Source: an uncultured bacterium (GTDB lineage: Bacteria; Patescibacteriota; JAHJAL01). Taken from it: a DNA stretch of 64,000 nucleotides. Below, piece by piece: positions 30,817-39,004 of the stretch (position 1 is the stretch's first letter; every line of letters begins with the position of its first letter). The stretch lies in the NCBI GenBank assembly GCA_938004065.1, contig CALKWM010000013.1, positions 75,914 to 139,913 on the forward strand. Direction: 5' to 3'. The notes beneath the pieces are model-generated. The model made no database searches. It was not told the DNA's origin and saw only the letters and a list, made by a program, of their open reading frames with translations. The position numbers and the translations under genes are program-made.

Positions 30817-31359
30817 TCATTGTTTTTTCTCCTTTCTGGGAAGTAGCAGGGGTAATCCCAATAGGGAATAACCGAAAGACATGATAATGATCAAAAATTG
30901 AATCGCTGTATTTTGCTGGAGGCTGAATAATCCAATATAGATTATTATCATGTATGGATGTGCCATATGCAGAAATATGCCGCTATAAATGAATGTGGCT
31001 ATGATTGATAGTTTATGATTTTTACTACCTCCGCAAAAATCATAAACTTTTCTGGTTATCGAGTGTGTTACTGGATTCCAGGTGGCCCAGAAGGCCTGAT
31101 AGGCACTAGGGATATCTCTTTTTTTTAGAAATCTATGAATGAGTTTTGTGTTTAGGAATTTCTTATTGCTATTTTTTTCTATTTCTAGAAAATATTCTGA
31201 TAAAAAATTGTTGTTGGTAAAGGTCTTAATAGAAAAAGAAAAGCAGTAGACATAATACGAAAAAGTTAATAGAATTATTTTCTTTAGTTCAACTAACTTC
31301 TTGTATTGTTCTAGGCATATTATTCTTTGTTTTGTAATTGACAGAAAATATGCTTGCAT
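30817..31359 (-). CDS. hypothetical membrane protein (MBOAT-like fragment)
   Basis: FWATWN...FIYSGIFLH resembles the MBOAT FWxxWN...SGxxH motifs. Confidence 0.45.
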   Translation of the reverse strand: MQAYFLSITKQRIICLEQYKKLVELKKIILLTFSYYVYCFSFSIKTFTNNNFLSEYFLEIEKNSNKKFLNTKLIHRFLKKRDIPSAYQAFWATWNPVTHSITRKVYDFCGGSKNHKLSIIATFIYSGIFLHMAHPYMIIIYIGLFSLQQNTAIQFLIIIMSFGYSLLGLPLLLPRKEKKQ

Positions 31360-31480
31360 TATTCATCCTCCTTTAACTGTACCCGACTTGGTACTTGATT
31401 TTTTCCATTTTTCTATTACAATTGTATTATACTAACCGAACGGTAAGTAAGTCAAGTATTATTTTTAAATTGATTGTTGT

Positions 31481-32716
31481 GTGATGAAGGAACTAGTAAA
31501 CAATTTGCGAATTTCTCTATTTTTGGCCTATAGGGGAATTGTGCGTGGTAATATTGGAACTATCTTAATGACGATAATGATGATGGTGTTGGCTTTTTTA
31601 AATTTGGTGTTTTTATCATCTATTTTTACTGGAATATCAAAGGCGATAGATAGTCAAGCTATAAATATGATGTATGGCAATATATTAATAAAGCCAGGCA
31701 AGGATGATTTTTATATTAAGGATGTGGCCAATAAGATAAGGTTGATTTCTGGTTTGCCAGGGGTAGTTGGAGCGTCTAGTCATTATGTGGATAGTTTATA
31801 TATAGAATTTGATCCTGAGCAGGATGGTTTGGATGTAAAGTCGGGAAATTGGATAACGAAAGCAGTTAATATAAATGAAGATCGACTAGTATCGAATGTA
31901 TCCGATTATATTGTGGAAGGAAGGTTTTTGGATGAAAATAGTCGTGATGAGATTGTTTTAGGCAGAGACGTTGCTGGCACTCATGGAACGGATAAATATA
32001 ATTCTTCTTTGAAAGGTGTGAAGGTGGGCGATAAAGTTTATGCCACTTTTTCCAATGGAATTCGGAGGGAGTATAGGGTAGTTGGAATATTTATGTCAAA
32101 GTCTTTGTTTGCGGATAGCATGATATATATTTCCAAAAACGAATATCAATCTGCTTATCGTGTGAACGGTGTGGCTAATGAGATTGCGGTGAAATTGGAT
32201 CAGGATAATTTGGAAGAAAAATATATAAAAATTATTAAGTCATTGGGTATTGATGATGTGGATATTAAATCATGGAGAGAAGTTAATGAGTTGGGAGGGG
32301 GTATCACCAATAGTTTTACGATGATTAAAGGTATGCTGTCAGCGATTGGTATGCTAGTGGCCGCAGTAACGATATTTATTATTATTTTTGTGAGTGTGGT
32401 GAATCGGCGGAAACAGATTGGAATCATGAAAGCGATTGGTATGCAGGAAGAAATAATTATTATTTCATATATTTGGCAGTCTTTGTTTTATGCTTTGTGT
32501 GGAGTGGTATTCGGTTTGATTATTATGTACAAAGCAATAATTCCGATATTTGTTACTTATCCGCTTGATTTTCCTGTCGGATATGTGAGTTTGGTGTTAA
32601 GTAATAATGATTTATGGACGGCTAGTATTGGTCTTATAGCATCAGCTTTTATAGGTGGGTTAATTCCGTCATTAATGGGAGTAAAAGAGTCAATTTTAAA
32701 ATTAATTTGGGGCTAA
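31481..32716 (+). CDS. ABC transporter permease (FtsX/MacB/LolE family)
   Basis: N-terminal TM, periplasmic domain, RRKQIGIMKAIG, three C-terminal TMs. Confidence 0.9.
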   Translation: MMKELVNNLRISLFLAYRGIVRGNIGTILMTIMMMVLAFLNLVFLSSIFTGISKAIDSQAINMMYGNILIKPGKDDFYIKDVANKIRLISGLPGVVGASSHYVDSLYIEFDPEQDGLDVKSGNWITKAVNINEDRLVSNVSDYIVEGRFLDENSRDEIVLGRDVAGTHGTDKYNSSLKGVKVGDKVYATFSNGIRREYRVVGIFMSKSLFADSMIYISKNEYQSAYRVNGVANEIAVKLDQDNLEEKYIKIIKSLGIDDVDIKSWREVNELGGGITNSFTMIKGMLSAIGMLVAAVTIFIIIFVSVVNRRKQIGIMKAIGMQEEIIIISYIWQSLFYALCGVVFGLIIMYKAIIPIFVTYPLDFPVGYVSLVLSNNDLWTASIGLIASAFIGGLIPSLMGVKESILKLIWG

Positions 32717-33387
32717 TTATGATTAATGTGATTGATTTACATAAAACATATATGGGGAAAGTGCCAACAACGGTTTTAAGGGGAATAAATATCGAAGTTG
32801 GTAAGGGTGAGTTTGTAGCAATTATGGGAAAGAGTGGTTCTGGAAAGTCGACTTTGTTACACCAACTTGGTTTATTTGATGTGCCGACTAAAGGAGAAAT
32901 TTTTTATGATGGCGAGCTGGTATCTGATTTGTCGGAGCGAGAAAAGAATAATTTTCGTTTGCATAAATTGGGTTATGTGTTTCAGGAATATGCCTTATTG
33001 CCGGAGTTGAACGTAATTGAGTCGGTGTATTTGCCATTAAAAATGCAAAGCATTGATCAAGATGATTATATATTACGGTCCAAGGAAGCTTTGGATAAAG
33101 TTGGTTTGGCGCATAGAATGAATCATATGCCTAACGAATTATCCGGTGGGGAACAACAGAGGGTGGCTATTGCCCGAGCGATTGTAGGTAGACCAAAGAT
33201 TTTGTTTGCTGATGAACCTTGTGCCAATCTTGATTCAGAATCTTCTGAAATGGTGGTTGATTTATTTCGAAAATTGAATAAGGAATTGGGACAAACTATT
33301 GTGATGGTGACGCACGAACCTGATGATACCAAAAAGGTTGATAGGGTGATTAGATTAAAGAATGGTGTAGTAACTAATGAAGAATAA
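32707..33387 (+). CDS. ABC transporter ATP-binding protein (LolD-like)
   Basis: GKSGSGKST, LSGGEQQRVAIARA, ADEP, VTH. Confidence 0.95.
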   Translation: MGLIMINVIDLHKTYMGKVPTTVLRGINIEVGKGEFVAIMGKSGSGKSTLLHQLGLFDVPTKGEIFYDGELVSDLSEREKNNFRLHKLGYVFQEYALLPELNVIESVYLPLKMQSIDQDDYILRSKEALDKVGLAHRMNHMPNELSGGEQQRVAIARAIVGRPKILFADEPCANLDSESSEMVVDLFRKLNKELGQTIVMVTHEPDDTKKVDRVIRLKNGVVTNEE

Positions 33388-33614
33388 TACTTATCATTTT
33401 TAGCCTAAGCTCGTACTTGTATGGCTAAAGTTAGTATCTGTGAGTTATATTAGGTGAGTGTGAAGTAATTGGAATGGGAAAGTAGAATGGGAGTTTCTTG
33501 GAAATGTTTGTATTCTGAAATTTGTCGACAAGTATATAATTAAAAGAAGGGGAATGATAATTTTTTATTAAAAGTTGTTAAGATGTTGAGAAAAAGAAGA
33601 AATAATATAAATAA

Positions 33615-33715
33615 CTAGTGAGTGAGGGTGTGGGGTAACTAGATTGTAATTAGTAAAGAGGTTCTAACATCGTGTATTGCGCGGAGTTTTTGAAACGAGG
33701 TCTCGAACCTGTTTT
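33615..33715 (+). repeat. att-like repeat 3 (left flank of DGR module)
   Basis: CTAGTGAGTGAGGGTGTGGGGTAACTAGATTGTAATTAGTAAAGAGGTTCTAACATCGTGTATTGCGCGGAG + hairpin. Confidence 0.8.
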
Positions 33716-33774
33716 GGTTTGGTTTTTTTGGGTGATTTTTTTAGTATCGCCTGATATTTTTATGATTTAAAAGA

Positions 33775-33804
33775 TTGACATAATTGGTTATTTTGTGCTA
33801 TAAT
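33775..33804 (+). promoter_or_regulatory. consensus sigma70 promoter for DGR target gene 1
   Basis: TTGACA-18 nt-TATAAT with extended -10 TG, 35 nt upstream of ATG 33839. Confidence 0.75.
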
Positions 33805-33838
33805 GTAGTGATTGTCAGGATGGATTAATTAAAAAGAA

Positions 33839-35878
33839 ATGAAAAAATACAATCTAATAAAAGGCAGATATTGGGAGCAGAAATCTTTATCTTCGAAGGA
33901 TGATAAGGGTGTAAAAGAATGGCAAAAACCGTTTCAAGAGGCAACCGAGAAAGCGGCGAGGCGAACCGAGAGAGAACAGGGTGAAAAGATCCCGAGAGGC
34001 AATGTGGAGAAGATGATTGGCAATTATCTGGATCGCTGGGAGCGGATTGAAGAACAGCGTGGTGGATTGCTGCGAAGATTTTTGGAGCGAAAATATATCA
34101 TCAAGCCGGAAAATATCACCGATGACTATATCCGTAATGTGCTGCTGGGCAACTATGCTGAACTCAAAGGATACGACCGGGAAAAACTGGCCAATGCGGA
34201 AGTGAAAGCGCAAATTGGCAAAATGTTTGAGCAGGAAACGGGCAAAAATCCCAGTAATTTTTCCATATCCAAAAAAGAAAAAATTGATGAGCAAGAGCGC
34301 ATTGTAGCCGATCAGAAAGCCAGTCTGAACGGGTGGCTGGACTATCTGGGTGGGGAGGAAGCCAAAGAAAATTATCCCCGAGAGTTCCGTTATTGGGCGA
34401 TGGCGGAGGTGGTGAAACTGGGAGCGCAAAACAAGGACAAACTGGATTATACCAAGCGCGATCAATATACGGCTGCACCTTTCCCGGAATTGAATCAACA
34501 GGCGCTGGCCAAGGTGTTTGACGAGGTGAAGAGGAAACTGGAAAAAGAACCGTCGCAAATCGGGCTAAACGAAGAAAAAAAGAGGGAGGAATATGAAAAA
34601 AGATTAAAGGGAATGAATTTCGGCAAGCTTTATGGCTGGATGATTGATTATATCAATTCATTGAAACTGCCAATGGAGCGGCTGCCGATCACCCAGGGAG
34701 AGTGGAAAAAATTTGCCAAAAATTCTGATCCCAAAGAATTGACCAGGACAATTCAGGGATTCAATACCGGCTGGTGTATCGCCGGTGAAGGGACGGCCGG
34801 CAGTTATCTGAAAAATCAGGATATCTGGATATATTATTCGGCCGATCAGGAAGGTCAAAACTCAATCCCGCGGGCGGCGGTGGTGACGGATGGCTCAAAA
34901 GTTTTGGAGGTGCGCGGTATTATCCAGACCAGGGAAGTGAAACAGCATCTGGATGACTATATCGCGCCGGTGGTGGAAAAGAAGCTAAAGGAACTGCCGG
35001 GCGGGGAAGAATGGAAGGCGGGCATGGAAGACATGAAATATCTGGCGGAAATTCATTTCAAGCATATGCAAAAAAAACCATTCGACAAGAGTGATCTGGA
35101 ATTTGTCTATGAGCTGGATCATCCGATCAGGAGTATGGGTTACGGGAAGGATCCGCGCATCGAAGAGATCAGAGAAACCAGGGATCTCGAAGCCGATATA
35201 TTGACGGTATTTGATTGTCAGTCGAATGAGATTGTTCACAGTCCAGAAGAACTTAATCAAAACACCAAAGCATATGTCGGAAAATGGAATGTTGATGTCT
35301 GGCAGAAAGTCAAAGAATATCCCAACATCAAACATCTCTTCGAATCATTTCCGGATAAGAAAATATTCATGCGAAAACTGACCACTGATCCAAATGTTGA
35401 CTCGCCTCAGTCCGCCAAAGAAGCTCTGGAGAGTAAGAATATATATGTAGCTGATTGGGCAAAAGATATTTTAGCTAAAACCAAATTCAACCCGGAAAAA
35501 CGAGAATATGAACTGGTGCGATTTACGGTGGCCGATCTTGGGTTTCCTGACGGCGCAACCACGGCGGAAATAATTGGTACGAAAAATGATAAGGATGATA
35601 ATGGCCAACCCGCTCCTTTTACTAGAGGCCGAATGACTGAGCTAGGTCTCTATCTTTGTCCGGCCGAGGTCGGGCCACATTTACGGTTGCAAAACTCCAG
35701 TCAAGATTGGATGTTGATTGCCATGGAACCCATTATCGGCTCCGGTGGCGCTCCGAGCGTGTTCCGTCTGCACTACGGCGGCGGCCGGCTGGAGCTGGAT
35801 GCGTACTACGCTGGGCCGGACGAGCACTGGCTTTCTGCCTATCTTTGGGTCTTCTCTGCCCGCAAGTTTGATACTTAG
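33839..35878 (+). CDS. DGR target protein 1 (C-terminal variable region)
   Basis: C-terminal codons match the TR except at TR adenines; paralog of 35974..38118; internal GWCIAG...PRAAV...EVRG motif. Confidence 0.9.
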   Translation: MKKYNLIKGRYWEQKSLSSKDDKGVKEWQKPFQEATEKAARRTEREQGEKIPRGNVEKMIGNYLDRWERIEEQRGGLLRRFLERKYIIKPENITDDYIRNVLLGNYAELKGYDREKLANAEVKAQIGKMFEQETGKNPSNFSISKKEKIDEQERIVADQKASLNGWLDYLGGEEAKENYPREFRYWAMAEVVKLGAQNKDKLDYTKRDQYTAAPFPELNQQALAKVFDEVKRKLEKEPSQIGLNEEKKREEYEKRLKGMNFGKLYGWMIDYINSLKLPMERLPITQGEWKKFAKNSDPKELTRTIQGFNTGWCIAGEGTAGSYLKNQDIWIYYSADQEGQNSIPRAAVVTDGSKVLEVRGIIQTREVKQHLDDYIAPVVEKKLKELPGGEEWKAGMEDMKYLAEIHFKHMQKKPFDKSDLEFVYELDHPIRSMGYGKDPRIEEIRETRDLEADILTVFDCQSNEIVHSPEELNQNTKAYVGKWNVDVWQKVKEYPNIKHLFESFPDKKIFMRKLTTDPNVDSPQSAKEALESKNIYVADWAKDILAKTKFNPEKREYELVRFTVADLGFPDGATTAEIIGTKNDKDDNGQPAPFTRGRMTELGLYLCPAEVGPHLRLQNSSQDWMLIAMEPIIGSGGAPSVFRLHYGGGRLELDAYYAGPDEHWLSAYLWVFSARKFDT

Positions 35879-35943
35879 ATTCTTAGACTCTTTGCTTTTC
35901 TTTTGACTCTTTGTAGCTTTGACCCTTTGACCCTTTGATTTTT
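35552..35943 (+). repeat. 392-bp exact direct repeat, copy 1
   Basis: Identical by eye to 37792-38183 (offset 2240). Confidence 0.9.
35735..35865 (+). repeat. DGR variable region VR1
   Basis: 131-bp alignment to TR 38441-38571 with 24 mismatches, all at TR adenines. Confidence 0.95.
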
Positions 35944-35973
35944 GAATCGCGCATTAATTAAGAAAGAAAAATT

Positions 35974-38118
35974 ATGGAAAACAAAAAACAAAACCAAATG
36001 GAAGAGAGTAGATTTTTGCTCCACAAAGAGCCGGATCTGTATAAAAGTGAACCGGTGGAAAAAGCCGTAGAAAAATACAAGCGTCTCAAGAGAGCCGGAA
36101 TAGAAGTGGAGCCGATGGATATCGGTACCAAGGCAGGACGAGTAAAAGCATATATTGATCGGCTAGAAAAAATATACAATCCTGTGCCAGTCAAGAAAGA
36201 ATCAAATTTTGATCGTCGGGAGAGAAATATTAAACTGCTAAACAAGGTTTGGGAGAAACTGGGCACAAGAGAGAAAATCCTTCAGGAAAATATTACCATT
36301 GGCTTGAATGATATTCCTCAAAGTTACTACAACAACAAGGCCCGCATCATGATCGAACAGGGATACGGGGGTGATCTGGAAAGTGGCGGAGTGGTCAAAG
36401 AAAAATATACCGACAAGAAAGGCATAGAAAGAATTAACTATATTTTTCCGGAAGAGATGCGGGAGAAAGAGCTGGAGATAATCCGCAACAATCAAACCAG
36501 AAGTCTGGACAAGTGGCTGAACTACCTTAATTCTGTTGATGCCATGTATCCGGCTTGGGGCAAGCACTGGGCTTTTACCTCAATCCTCAAACTGGGCAAA
36601 TTCCAGAAAAAAGCGGAGATTGATGAAGAGGGAAATATCTCTAATGAGAGGGCAAAATTCCAAAAGAGAAAAAAAAGTACAGTTAACTCCTATCCACTGC
36701 TTAACCCCCGAGCGTTGGCGGTGACGATCGGAACAATGACCAATTATCTGGAAGAAAAAGCCAAGCCAAAAGAACAAAGAGAGTCAATTAAGAACGAAAG
36801 CAAAAAATTAAATGATGAAGAATTTCAAAAACTAATATCAGCAGAGAATTTTGGTGATATTTACGCTCAATTTCTGCTGGAAATGCCGGAGTATTCGGTA
36901 GAAGGTCTAAAAGGGACTGAAGGAAAGTGGGTCAAGTACGTGCAGATAGATGAATATGATGGCGATGATGTAGTCGATGAGCTAGTGAAAAGTATTGAAG
37001 GATATCCACTGGAATGGTGTACGGCCGATCCGGACACGGCCAGGAGTCAACTCGAGCAGGGAGATTTCTGGGTGTATTATTCTTTTAACGAAGACGGTGA
37101 GCCGGTAATTCCCCGTCTGGCCATTCGGATGGAAGGTCAAAACAAGATTGCCGAACCACCTCGCGGTATCGCACCCGATCAAAATCTGGATCCGTATATC
37201 GGATCGGTGTTGGAGAAGAAGCTACAAGACTTTGGCAGTGAAGGAGAGCTTTACAAAAAAAGAGTGGCCGATATGGAAAGATTGACGACTATTTGGCAGA
37301 AAGCAAAAGATGAGAAAGAAATAACTAAGGAAGAGCTGATATTTCTCTACGAAATCGAGGAGAATATTCAAGGGTTTGGGTATGAGAAAGATCCCCGCAT
37401 CAAAGAGATCAGAGAGACCAGAAACCCGGAAAAAGACATGCCGGTAGTATTTGATTGCCAGCCGGAAGAAATAGCTTACAGTCCAGAAAAACTAAACCCA
37501 AACACCAAAGCCTATGTTGGTAAGTGGAATGTGGAAATTTGGCAGGAGATTAGAAAGTACCCCGGCATCAAACATCTCTTCGAATCATTTCCGGACAAAA
37601 AAATCTTCATGCAAAAACTTACCACTGAGGCAAATATCAACTCACCCGAATCGGCTAAAGAGGCTCTGAAAGACAAAAATATCTATGTTTCTGATTGGGC
37701 GAAAGACATTCTTTCCGAAACCAAATTCAGCCCGGAAAAACGAGAATATGAACTGGTGCGATTTACGGTGGCCGATCTGGGATTTCCACGTGGCGCAACC
37801 ACGGCGGAAATAATTGGTACGAAAAATGATAAGGATGATAATGGCCAACCCGCTCCTTTTACTAGAGGCCGAATGACTGAGCTAGGTCTCTATCTTTGTC
37901 CGGCCGAGGTCGGGCCACATTTACGGTTGCAAAACTCCAGTCAAGATTGGATGTTGATTGCCATGGAACCCATTATCGGCTCCGGTGGCGCTCCGAGCGT
38001 GTTCCGTCTGCACTACGGCGGCGGCCGGCTGGAGCTGGATGCGTACTACGCTGGGCCGGACGAGCACTGGCTTTCTGCCTATCTTTGGGTCTTCTCTGCC
38101 CGCAAGTTTGATACTTAG
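35974..38118 (+). CDS. DGR target protein 2 (C-terminal variable region)
   Basis: Same VR; internal EWCTA...PRLAI...PRG motif; paralog of target 1. Confidence 0.9.
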   Translation: MENKKQNQMEESRFLLHKEPDLYKSEPVEKAVEKYKRLKRAGIEVEPMDIGTKAGRVKAYIDRLEKIYNPVPVKKESNFDRRERNIKLLNKVWEKLGTREKILQENITIGLNDIPQSYYNNKARIMIEQGYGGDLESGGVVKEKYTDKKGIERINYIFPEEMREKELEIIRNNQTRSLDKWLNYLNSVDAMYPAWGKHWAFTSILKLGKFQKKAEIDEEGNISNERAKFQKRKKSTVNSYPLLNPRALAVTIGTMTNYLEEKAKPKEQRESIKNESKKLNDEEFQKLISAENFGDIYAQFLLEMPEYSVEGLKGTEGKWVKYVQIDEYDGDDVVDELVKSIEGYPLEWCTADPDTARSQLEQGDFWVYYSFNEDGEPVIPRLAIRMEGQNKIAEPPRGIAPDQNLDPYIGSVLEKKLQDFGSEGELYKKRVADMERLTTIWQKAKDEKEITKEELIFLYEIEENIQGFGYEKDPRIKEIRETRNPEKDMPVVFDCQPEEIAYSPEKLNPNTKAYVGKWNVEIWQEIRKYPGIKHLFESFPDKKIFMQKLTTEANINSPESAKEALKDKNIYVSDWAKDILSETKFSPEKREYELVRFTVADLGFPRGATTAEIIGTKNDKDDNGQPAPFTRGRMTELGLYLCPAEVGPHLRLQNSSQDWMLIAMEPIIGSGGAPSVFRLHYGGGRLELDAYYAGPDEHWLSAYLWVFSARKFDT

Positions 38119-38183
38119 ATTCTTAGACTCTTTGCTTTTCTTTTGACTCTTTGTAGCTTTGACCCTTTGACCCTTTGATTTTT
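37792..38183 (+). repeat. 392-bp exact direct repeat, copy 2
   Basis: Identical by eye to 35552-35943. Confidence 0.9.
37975..38105 (+). repeat. DGR variable region VR2
   Basis: Identical to VR1; 24 adenine-specific differences from TR. Confidence 0.95.
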
Positions 38184-38440
38184 CTTGGGGTATTCTATTA
38201 TATTAAAATCAGATTGATTGTTTCGGACGGCTACGGCTTTCCGAAAATCATTCCGACCGGTGCAAGTTAAGTATGTTATCGGCCAAGGCTGGTAACAGAG
38301 ATTTGTATTTTGTCATTAAAAAAGAACAAACTTGGTGTGGTGTGCTCCGGGTGATTTTTGATCACAAATAATATTCAGTCCAGTCTTTTTTGAGCCAATC
38401 AACCAGACGGACGGTGGCGAGGATGGCACACCATACGAAA

Positions 38441-38571
38441 ATCGACTCCGATGGCAATCCGAACGTGTTCAATCTGAACTACAACGACGACCAGCTGAAG
38501 CTGAATGCGAACAACGCTGAGCCGGACAAGCACTGGAATTCTGACAATCATTGGGTCTTCTCTGCCCGCAA
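38441..38571 (+). ncRNA. DGR template repeat (TR)
   Basis: AAC/AAT-rich copy of the VRs; shared 3' end TGGGTCTTCTCTGCCCGCAA, then divergence (IMH vs IMH*). Confidence 0.95.
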
Positions 38572-38594
38572 TTATGCTCTTTTCCGTGACTTGA

Positions 38595-39004
38595 TCACAA
38601 ATCGCGGTTTTTTCTGGCTGGGTTATCTAGGTTTTTATGCCAGCCGCCCAGCATCCGACCGGCTTCGATTAATTTCTCGGAAATTGCTGTATATTTGCCA
38701 TTGGGAATGATCCTGGCTTCCCAAGCTATTGAAGTCAGGAATTTAAGGACATCGAGAGTTAGGATGCATTTGGTTAGCTGATCTTTTTTCTGATCTTTGG
38801 CGGAATAGTAGGCGGCATGTGTCAATTCCAACAGATCGAGAAATTTATTTTCAATTCTTTGGCCGATAGTAAAACGGGAGGTTTTGGGAATATGGGGAAC
38901 AAGATCAATCCACAACAGATATCCCTCTTTGATCCGAAAGAGGATCGAAGGAAGTTCTTTACGAGAGAGAGAGAGAGAGAGTAAGAAGGCGGCCGCGATT
39001 TCAT
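38595..39004 (-). CDS. avd: DGR accessory variability determinant (Avd, four-helix bundle), frameshifted at a (CT)9 tract after ATG 39004
   Basis: IPKTSRFTIGQRIENKFLDLLE...LDVLKFL...EAGRMLGGW; the in-frame segment PSILFRIKEGYLL upstream of the called TTG 38915 has no ATG unless 2 nt are removed from the tract. Confidence 0.85.

Noticed and set aside
33887-34558. 223-aa minus-strand ORF and other long antisense ORFs (e.g. 58125..58664, 62477..63010)
   Set aside because: Shadow ORFs opposite well-supported genes, with no recognisable motifs
38390-38710. 106-aa ORF resembling the target C-terminus
   Set aside because: It is the TR read in frame (TTG start) and runs into antisense avd; most likely non-coding template
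38822-39004. 60-aa minus-strand ORF MKSRPPSYSLSL...
   Set aside because: Interpreted as the out-of-frame product of the avd start, not a separate gene
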